Source of the DNA: Lepidodermella squamata
Taxonomy: Eukaryota; Animalia; Gastrotricha
Direction: 5' to 3'
Length of the DNA: 64,000 nt
Assembly: GCA_047495785.1 (NCBI GenBank)
Contig: JBLDXI010000024.1
Location: forward strand, 3,844,001 to 3,908,000
Both the position numbers and the translations under genes were made by a program. The first letter of the stretch is position 1, and each line of letters starts with the position of its first letter. The notes under the pieces are model-generated. The model was not told where the DNA came from and made no database searches. It saw only the letters and a program-made list of their open reading frames with translations. Below are positions 24,012-33,078 of this stretch, in pieces.

Positions 24012-26362
24012 TTATCTAATGATTTCAGCCAAGTTTGAACGAGTTGGCATTAACCCATTCGGACGGGGACGCTTTATAACCGGGTACAGCAATGAAGCCG
24101 ATTCGAGAATTGAGAATAACAGTGTCGCCAAACTGATAGCTGATTGCTGATTGGCTGGATTCGCATCTAAAATCACAGCAATCAAAGTACCCGCTGGCAA
24201 CACAGAGGCACCGGTAATAGCAGCGATGCACGATGCAGAAAACTCGCGGCAATGCTCCGAAACACCCCGGATTTGTTTCAGCTGAAACGCAGCCATCAAC
24301 GTGTAGATTAGCAGCAACATCTGAATGGCCCCAAGCGATCCTACGAGTGCAACGCTAACATCCGGCCAGACGCATTTTACGAACCATATTTCCTCTGTCG
24401 TGTCAGAATTTTCATCGTAAATAGGACGGCGACTTGGCTGTTCAATGCATTTTGAGCTCTGATTGACGACTAACCAGGCGGTAATCAGACATAGGCTAGG
24501 GCAAGCTACAACCCGTAAATAGCTGTTTTACGGTCGAATGTTTCAAATGACACGGACGTAAATTCAAGTGTCAGTTTCTGCGATTGCACCGTAGATCTAT
24601 GAAGGCTTGTTGCTGCAGACGGGCGAGCAACGCTCAATCGTGGTATTCTCAGCCCTTCTCGAATATTCGATTTTACATACGAATTTACGACAGATATTCG
24701 TGCTGTGATCAAGCCGCAAACTATGCTCAACCCGAGCCCTAGAAGGAAAAACGAGGCGTTGTCAATGCAGACGCTTCCTGCACTTCGGTTGATCGCGAAA
24801 AGGGCTGAAGCTGCGCTGAGACTCAGACAGCCAATCAAGCCTAAGATTTTCGACCTACTAAAATTCCAAGGACCAAATTTATTGAAAGATATCGCCACCA
24901 CGCCTGACAGCTGAATACAGGACATGAAACCCACCAAGGTCATTACAATCGAAAGAATTACCGTTGAAATATGAAGGAACTCCCTTCGCAAATTTGGTTG
25001 GTCAAGTGGAGGGTTTTGCAAGATCCAATTTGTGTGATAGACCGTTTCCAGTGAGTAACTTCTCAGATCGAATTCTTCCAGACTTTTGTTCAAACTTTGT
25101 TTGACAAGGTACACAGTTTGCATACCAGCTGACTGACTCCATTGAGTCACAACTTGAATATCCCCTAGCAACTGGCCAGTTTCAGTGTATGAAGTTCTGC
25201 CGACTCTGATTCCATTCGGCTCACTAGCCAAAACAACCTCTCGAGCGATGGAAGCTACAAATTCTGGGCGGTTGTGGTAGTCTCTCAGGGATAGATTGAA
25301 TTCAGCTTTTAGCCTGCGATCCGTCTCATTTAGAGCTATCGCGACGGCCGTAAAAACCCCATGGAGGTGAAAGGAGGTCAAGTATTCATCTACAGTGTAG
25401 TTTGTTTCTCGGCTAATGAAAGCCTCAAACTGATCAGCTGTATCTCCCAAGTCAGAGATTCTGTCGCGAATCGTAGGTCGTTGCGCATTTCCGAAGTAGA
25501 AGGTTTGCCTAGCTTGATCTTTCAGCAAGTCCGAACTACAGCCAGGTAATGGAGTTAGTGAGAAAGCTGTTGCACGCGTTAGGAAAACAAATCGAGGCCC
25601 TGTTATTCCAGCCTTGTAAGCCTCACAAAGGAACCGAGGGACGATTGCTGAGCTGAAGCTTAAGATGACTATAATCCTCAGCCCTGATTGCTTCAAGCTT
25701 GCGGTTAATTCGGGTGTGATTTCATTCAAGAGGCTGAAAAATGGAACTTCAACACCAGCCGCAATTGCTCGATCATTGAAAAACAGCCCAGTCGCAAAAT
25801 CGTTAGCGTCGAGGGTTGTCGTGAGCGAGGCGACCTTGTTCCATTTACCGACCTGCTTTATAAATGTGAGCATTGCCATGACAGTCGTTTTTGACGTTGA
25901 CAATGTTAGGAACAAATTCGAGTATAATTTCTTATCCGTCAGAAACGCAGCGCTGCAATAGGACGCCAGTGAAACTGAGTGAATGTGGCTCAGAAAAGGC
26001 CCGACAGACTTACAGCCTGTTGAGAAAGCCGGTCCTGCAACGATTGGTGATTGTAGTCCGATAAACGGGTCCTCTCTGCGGAAGGCAATCAAGCGTGAAG
26101 CTGCTTGCATCCCGCCAAACTCATCAATTATTTGAAATTCGATGAAGTAGTCGCTTAAGACGTCGCTCCTCGCGTTGATTTTATCTGCGACATAGCGAAT
26201 AGTTAACATGCCGGCCTGTACCTGTTTCGGGTCGATCATGTAAATCGGAAATAGCGATGCTACTCGCAGCTTTTGAGATTTGTAGCCCGAGTCAGTCCTA
26301 GTCTGAATTGCAGAAAAATGTGAAAGTAGAAATGTCACTATGATGAACGTGTTTTGAACCAT
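24012..26362 (-). CDS. Class C GPCR (GABA-B-like Venus-flytrap domain + 7TM); frame break near 24510
   Basis: Signal peptide, INARSDVLSDY, GPAFS, YSNLFLT ANF-receptor motifs; PPLD linker into TM1 with no Cys-rich domain; TM4-7 continue in another frame to the stop at 24012. Confidence 0.8.
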
Positions 26363-26727
26363 TTTGCTGTCAATAACAAGCGGAAGAAAAAAATAGAAAT
26401 AAAAAACTTTTGTTGAATTCTACTGTAACGACGAATTTCCGCTTGCATTGATGTATAAGTGAATATAAACTGAGTTTATTGTCAAATCTATAAAGGCGTC
26501 TGCATCCGGCAAATCTCGCACTCACTGAGAAATGACTGCTAATAAAAGGTCAAGTATGATATTGTCGAAATTCAATGGAAAAGTAGTCAAGATTCAAAAT
26601 GGAAACCAGCGAGCTAAATACAATATTTATTGTATTTGAAACGTCCGGCCAGTGGATAAATTAAAGGACCTCGAGGTTGGGGGTGCGGTACCATTGCTTT
26701 CTTTCATTTTTACTTTTATCCGTTTTT

Positions 26728-26800
26728 ATGGCGATCTAAGGAGCCAGACTCAAGATCAGGTCCTCGAAAGAGGGCGTGGGTTGGAACCCCACTTCTGACA
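26728..26800 (+). pseudogene. tRNA-Leu(CAA) pseudogene, 5' truncated and mutated
   Basis: Matches the Leu gene from the D loop onward; acceptor 5' strand absent, T-loop TTGGAAC. Confidence 0.85.
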
Positions 26801-26896
26801 CTATTTTTCACATTTTTAGCGTAATTTCCGGTCATTTTGCCCAATATAGCAACCTATCTTCAATGTTAGCAATGGTTACGCGAAAAAATTGCCAAC

Positions 26897-26968
26897 TGGA
26901 GGCATCGGGGATTGAACCCGAGACCTTCACAATGCGAATGAGACGCTCTACCACTGAGCTATGCCCCC
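26897..26968 (-). tRNA. tRNA-Ala(CGC)
   Basis: Inverted copy of 550-621. Confidence 0.85.
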
Positions 26969-27066
26969 TAGGCTGGTGCAAGAAAAGGTTTGAATGGTAA
27001 AAAATATTCTGATCGCAAGTTTCCAGCAGTGAGCAGTGAGCTAAGTTTGTTTGAAAAAACTTACCA

Positions 27067-27138
27067 AGGTCCCATCGAGAATCGAACTCGAGTCGCTGGA
27101 TTCAGAGTCCAGAGTGCTAACCGCTACACCATGGAACC
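27067..27138 (-). tRNA. tRNA-Gln(CTG)
   Basis: Inverted copy of 384-455. Confidence 0.95.
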
Positions 27139-27235
27139 TCTCGAACCCTGGTTTGGTGAAGATCAACTATAATCGATTTACTATTTACTAGTCAAATGTG
27201 TCTGAAATGTGTCTCAAACGTGAGCTAAAAACGTG

Positions 27236-27307
27236 TGCGTCAGCCGGGAGTCGAACCCGGATCGGCTGCTTGGAAGGCAACCATGCTGACCGTTACACCA
27301 CTGACGC
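27236..27307 (-). tRNA. tRNA-Gly(TCC)
   Basis: Inverted copy of 223-294. Confidence 0.95.
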
Positions 27308-27663
27308 CTGATGAATGCGACGACTTGGAGAATGTGAAAGACTGTGCTTGAACCCACTTCTTTTCTTGAAGCAACGCCCAAAGACGCAAGAGGATGCATT
27401 CTTTCAAGGTTTTTGCGCTTTGGTCACCTCGCGGTAAAAACTCCTGGTTCCATAATATGCATTCATAGCAATTTCATGATACTTTCATCTGTTCTCTATC
27501 AGGTTAACAGATTGCATGGTGGCATCCGCAAAAAGAGCAGTATATTTGTTGGTCATCAGTTGTCCAGTGCAATGAGGTTTTATCTTCTCCTTGAATACTG
27601 AATACCAGTCGTGAGAGGCAATTATTAATAGGAACGTGGATTGGCGCTATCTGAGTATCGGTA

Positions 27664-27735
27664 GGCTCAGTAGCTTAGTGGTAGAGCGTCTGCCTAGTAA
27701 GCAGAAGATCGAGGGTTCGATCCCCCCCTGAGCCT
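27664..27735 (+). tRNA. tRNA-Thr(AGT)
   Basis: Acceptor GGCTCAG/CTGAGCC, anticodon loop CT-AGT-AA, followed by T-runs. Confidence 0.92.
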
Positions 27736-28085
27736 GTCTGTTACTTTTTATTTTTATTTTTATTTTTATTATTTAATAATTATTTTGATCAATAGAAATG
27801 TCTCCCATCAAATTGCTATATCATAAGATAGATAAAAATTTGAGACTGGCTGATTTTATCTAAATAGGAAGTGAAGATTGCGCGGATGCCAGGTTACGCT
27901 TCCAAACTGTATTTCTCTCTCAAGTTGCGCAATAACTTCTTCTTCTGTACCAATCACACTGTTGGGTAATCTCTTCTTCAATTTTCAGAATATAAAAGCC
28001 GATCAATTTTCCCGAAACAGCATCAAGCAATATTTTCCGTATCGCAATTCGTGTTTCAATAACACCGCGCAGCTATAATATTCAA

Positions 28086-28541
28086 ATGAATTCGATGTTG
28101 ATCATTCTGCTAATCGGCGCCCTATTTGCCGGCGCCGCCCTGGCAAATTCGATCGGCGGCTTCGAAGGCCAGATCAAGGAAGAACAGCAGAAAATGATGC
28201 ACGGCCGGCAGCAAGTGGAGCAGCAAAAGCAGCAGGACACGCAGCGCCAGGAGCCGAAACAGCCGGTTGTTCAACAGGCCGTCTACCTGGAACCCATCAC
28301 CAAGGCGCCGATCGTCCAGACCATCGTCCAGCCAGTTGTTCAGCGCATCGAACAGCAGAAGGTTGTTCAGCCGGTGGTCGAAACTGTGACGAAGCCGACG
28401 CTGGTCAAGGCGCCGATTGTCAAAGACCAGGCTAATATTGGCCAGGAATTGGGTCAAAACAAGCAACAGGAACAGGGTGGCCAGCAGCAGCAGCAAAAGT
28501 ATGAAAACCGCAACCAGGAACAACAACACCAGCAATACTAA
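28086..28541 (+). CDS. Secreted Gln/Val/Pro-rich low-complexity protein (151 aa)
   Basis: Strong signal peptide (MNSMLIILLIGALFAGAALA), QPVV and KAPIV repeats, GC-rich ORF in AT-rich flanks, AATAAA at ~28627. Confidence 0.8.
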   Translation: MNSMLIILLIGALFAGAALANSIGGFEGQIKEEQQKMMHGRQQVEQQKQQDTQRQEPKQPVVQQAVYLEPITKAPIVQTIVQPVVQRIEQQKVVQPVVETVTKPTLVKAPIVKDQANIGQELGQNKQQEQGGQQQQQKYENRNQEQQHQQY

Positions 28542-28829
28542 ATAATTTTTCAAATTGTCAGCTTCCGATTCATGATAATAATACGCCCTTATTATACCTA
28601 AATATACGCTGCTGCCGAGGATTGTAAATAAAACTGTAAATAATGGCATTTAGCTATTTTTGTGTGATATTTTGGGACATTTTTCCGGTTAAAAAAATAC
28701 ATTAATTCCATGATAATTTTTTAACAGAATACCTTCCAGTGGAACCAATTTTTTTCTTTGTAACTAACTCAGAATATTATAAGGTACAATTTTTCAAACC
28801 GGTTCGAAAAGTGTCATTTATTATATTGA

Positions 28830-29067
28830 TTGTTTAGCCCGGAAAATGCCACTGGAGATTGGTTCGGTAATTTTCGGTATTTCACTCAGTTGGGCCAACT
28901 TTCTCCGGGTTTTTTAATTTAGTGAGATGCCGCCCTCATGACATTTTAAATATTTCTAAGATTTTTCTGGCCTTGAGATTTGACTTCGTTTCGCATTTTA
29001 GAGTTTCCGATCCCTTCTAGTACATTTACTTTGCGTTTTACGCGTTACTTATGGAACAAGCTGGGTA
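28830..29067 (-). mobile_element. Diverged inverted copy of the 23004-23260 DNA-transposon remnant
   Basis: Shared blocks CTCTAAAATG.GA.ACGAAGT...ATCTCA.GGCCAGAA and CCGGAGAAA.TTGG.CCAAC...AATTACCGAACCA. Confidence 0.55.
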
Positions 29068-30558
29068 CGATGGAATGTGTGTTCCATTATTTCGACTTTC
29101 CCTAAATGTTACCTGGCCAGCTAAAGGTTACAACTTAAATTTACAACTTACAAATTAACTTTAAAATAACAACTTTTATGTGAAATTAAAATGAAGCTCT
29201 ATATATTCTATTTTTATATTTCCTTATCCACGGTAAAAAAAAGGTGAGCTGCCGTTGTTGTAATATTGTTTCGTTTTCCTTATGGTTGACTCAAATTTAT
29301 GTCATCTCCAATTGTCCTATCCTTATGTAACTGTCCTGCAATTATCTGTTTCCTTTCAAACTTAACTTTGTCGAGCTGCCCTCTCTGGGTGTCATAGCTT
29401 TGAAATAAATAAAAATAAATAAACAACTCTCACAGAAATTCGCATAATAAAATTTACCAATCCTTATTCGGCTCAGTGAATTTTCCGGGCGAAAATAATC
29501 AATTAATTAGTTTTATTTTTGCCTTTTTAAGCTTACCTATAACATCGAGCTTTATTCTGGGGATTTTTACTACGACTACGCAATTAATTTTTATTGACAT
29601 TTTCCTCTTCATAAAATTTCGTTTGAATTTTATTGCGTATAAATTAATCAAGATTTATGACCCAAAAATATGCCCGGGCTGGAACGGCTTATAAGGAACA
29701 GGATTTTCGATAAGTGTTCACCAGTCTCCATCGGGAACTGAGTCAAGGTAAGCAGAGGCATCTATTTTTGAATTGTTGCAATATTATTTCTCTCCTCAGA
29801 AATCTACCTATCGGCGTTTCGACTGATATGGTTCTTCAATCGATATAATCAAGTAACGGAAAGAAGTGATCAAAGCGATTCTGGATATCTCATTTTCGTC
29901 ATTCTTCCCGACTCATTGCAGCATAGGTACTTGTTATCATCGGTAATCGAAAACTGAGCGCCGTGGATTTTCCCTGGACATCGCCGTAATCGAACAAGAA
30001 GAATTTCTATCAGCCGACACGTTGCAACCTCACTAGAAACTAGATTTTAGATTGATTTTTTCTGGCTGTAAGAATCAGTTTATTTGTATTCCTATCCATT
30101 TTCGTCGCTCGATTTCGTACCCAAAATGGTTGATTCAACGTGAGCGCACTGGGTGGCTTCCCATTCAAATCTGATAGCAAGGAACTGAGTATTTGAGCAA
30201 TTCTCGAAGTATCTACGCTTGATATAAGTAGTTGACCGCGTCTGCAAGAGCACATAGTGGCAGAATAAGCTGGTTCTTTGGTTCGCTCGAAATCCTCTCG
30301 ACGAAATTGTTCATTATTTGTGTTTAAAAATCACTTCAATTTCAAGCTGGAATTGAGATTGAATGTGGTCGATTTTAGTTCCTCGAGCACTGTTGATGGA
30401 GCATCGTCAGCTTGAGCGGTTTTTACGCTATCGTCAGCCGAAAAACGCCTCTGTGATCCGTGTACTCGCCATTGCAAAAAAGAATATAAATTACGAAAAT
30501 TTAAGAATTATTTGAAATAAACACTGATGATTTGTTGGAATATCTGCACTTTTTCCTG

Positions 30559-30565
30559 TATATAA
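30559..30565 (+). promoter_or_regulatory. TATA box of the tRNA-Sec gene
   Basis: TATATAA at about -31 to -25 from the tRNA-Sec 5' end, as expected for its external Pol III promoter. Confidence 0.75.
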
Positions 30566-30589
30566 GGCTGTTAACATGATCTAATTTTC

Positions 30590-30676
30590 GCCCGGATGAA
30601 CTGGGAAGGTTCCTGGCTAGGACTTCAAATCCTAGGGCCATTCGCGTGGCAGTGGTTCGACTCCACCTTTCGGGCG
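30590..30676 (+). tRNA. Selenocysteine tRNA, tRNA-Sec(TCA)
   Basis: GCCCGGATG...CTTTCGGGCG 9/4 acceptor/T fold, 6-bp D stem, anticodon loop CTTCAAA, long variable arm, oligo-T terminator downstream. Confidence 0.95.
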
Positions 30677-30768
30677 ATTTGTTTTTTCTCGAGTTTTTTC
30701 TCTTACTTCCACAACACTACTATATATCCTACATTAGTTCATTCAACAATTTGGTCATTATTTATGTT

Positions 30769-31182
30769 TTAGAAGTTGAGGCGGTATGTGACGCATTCGC
30801 TGCATTTGTAGCCTTCATCGCCGCATTGTCTGTTGATGCAAGCGTCCATCACTCGCTTGGAATCAACCCATGGAAAGCTGGATGGTGGTCGAGGAATTCG
30901 CCGGAATAAACGTTCGCATTTCTCCTCCAATACTTCGCAATAAGCTTCACCCTTGTCCAGCTCGAAGCATCGATTCTTCAGCTTTGCAACTTGATTTTTC
31001 ATTACAGCTTCCTGTTTCGGGTTAAGTTTCTCTCGCTTCATATTGTCGAGACCTATCATCATATAAAATGCTCTGTTGTTAGAAGGAATTTTATCGTTTT
31101 CTCATTACTTACAGCTATGTGCTGATGTAGCGATGACCATAACCGCAAAGGTAAACAGAAAGAAAGCGTTTCCACTGCTCAT
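30769..31182 (-). CDS. Small secreted Cys-containing protein (123 aa; exons 31113-31182 and 30769-31070)
   Basis: Signal-peptide exon, GTAAGT donor, in-frame splice; 7 Cys and dibasic KR/RR sites. Confidence 0.7.
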
Positions 31183-32816
31183 CCTTCAAAAGCCAATATT
31201 ATAAGTAGTAATAAGATACTATTCGAATTCCAAGTCGGAAGCCGCCCAGGCGAAAAATTACTAAATGAATGTGGTTTACTTGGTTCTTGCGAATCAAACA
31301 TACTTGGTTTCCGAGGGATAAACTCTCCATTAGCGTCGTAGGCGGAAGCGGCTTTGAATAATCACCCTAAAAACTTCCACAATATGAAACGCCGAACAGA
31401 CAAAACTATGAATTTTTCTTTGTCGTGGACATCATAAATCGATCGCGAAATCTGAAATGAGTAATCGACACTTTACTTTATTTGCTTGGAGCGGAGCAAT
31501 TAGCTCAAAGATAAAACATGAACGTGGCGTACTACGGAACTTCGGCATCAGAGATTCCTAATAAACATCAAAACCTTTCACTTTTTCTCTGACTGTTCCC
31601 AAATCGAATTTTTGACAAAGCTGTGGACTGAAAATTGACTATTTCCGCGCAAAACAATTATAGGTAAAGCTGAATTTAATATACGATGGCAAGGGAAGCC
31701 TTCAGCTTTTGTGGAAAACAACATATTTCAGCGAATAAAAACAGCACGCAGTTGATTCTCTGATCTTTCTAACCAGCTATACTCGTGAAGTATAGCCACT
31801 AGCCACTCGCGAAGATGTTTGCTGCTAAAGTTTCCACTTTGACACACCAAATCCGGCAAAATAACCGTCAAACGTCATGCGAAACAAAACGTAACCAAGG
31901 GAATCAGCGGGTAATTTCAAAATTCCTCCTTCGCATATTTTTACAAATTATTATTAATAAATATTAATAAATTGTAAATTATCACATTATCTGCCATGAT
32001 ATAATTTTCTCGAAATCAAAAAATTATTATTATCAAATAACGGGTATCAAGTTTCTTGAGCGACATTTGGTGGGCGGTGTGTTCTTGCAGCCTTTGTTTC
32101 TCGCTGTCTTGAGCTGCTGCGTTATCCGTCGCCGGTCGCCTGTGGCATGCCGCTTACGGCTTACGGTTGTTGCGACATGTTGCGCGCAGCTATCGGGCAT
32201 TCTGCGAGGCGTTCTGGAGCAAGTTTTACTTTAACCATGCGTCGAGTTCCGCATCCAAGGCGAAGACGGAAGACGAGAGGCTCGTTGCCGGTTGCCGATC
32301 GATAGCGGGTAGTGGAAACACTACAGGGCTGAATCGGAAATGAGCTACTTGCAACCGCGCTGCTACCCCATTCTTCATTATTCAGCCTTCAGCCCCTATG
32401 GCTAAATGGCGTGTGGCGCTTTTAGTAATGTGATCCCATGGGGACCTTGGTATTTGGTATGGTATCCATCATATTGAAAGTCTTCGGTTAGCAGCTTGAC
32501 TGATAGGGATTGACTGATGCTTGACTGGGCATAGGGAAGACAAAATAAAGTTATCCACTTTTCTGTTGCCCCATTTGCCCCATTGCTTACTTTACGGTTT
32601 ACGTAATACCCAGTGCCTTGTTATAAATGCGGCAATGTTGCCAAGGTTACAATGCATTTAGGTTGGAGTTACGTGTAATAATCTCTTTCCTTTATCTTGC
32701 TCTAACGTTGATCAATTGATCAATTGGATATCGAAGTGCTACTGACAGCCCTGATTCTTTCAAATTTTATTTGTCAATTATTTTTGCATAGCAATTCATG
32801 TAACTTAATAGTTACT

Positions 32817-33052
32817 ATGGCTAAGCGTCCATTGGGTATTATGACGAAAGTTGCCATTGGCTGGGCTGCAATTTTCACTACTGGTATCGCGCTCTTTGTT
32901 GTAGCTAAAGTAAGCGTTGTGTTAAACGGTCTTTCCGGTTCTCTATCTTTATGATTACGCAGAGCCAAGTCGATAATTACCGCCTCGAACAGATGCAAAA
33001 GCGTCGTGAAATTCGTCAACGTGTCCTATCTGAAGATTCAAACAAACAATAA
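32817..33052 (+). CDS. Small single-pass membrane protein, DUF4748-like (60 aa; intron 32910-32962)
   Basis: MAKRPLGIMTKVAIGWAAIFTTGIALFVVAK|SQVDNYRLEQMQKRREIRQR; clean GT-AG splice. Confidence 0.7.
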
Positions 33053-33078
33053 CGTCATCTCAATATTTTCTAGTAAAA

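Larger units (their letters stand above)
26728..27315 (-). repeat. Inverted segmental duplicate of the Gly-Gln-Ala-Leu tRNA block at 215-796
   Basis: Same gene order and homologous spacers in reverse orientation. Confidence 0.95.

Noticed and set aside
28122-28649. 175-aa Leu-rich antisense ORF, and similar antisense ORFs over RBM17, ACAD10, NOL6 and the NLR
   Set aside because: Shadow frames of real genes on the opposite strand
29780-30260. Minus-strand fragments with a faint FGF/beta-trefoil look (FSITDDNKYLCCNESG)
   Set aside because: Frames are broken and the similarity is too weak to support without a search
30590-30676. Opal suppressor tRNA or evidence for genetic-code change
   Set aside because: The fold is tRNA-Sec, and TGA is used as an ordinary stop in RBM17, RARS2, POLR2C and others
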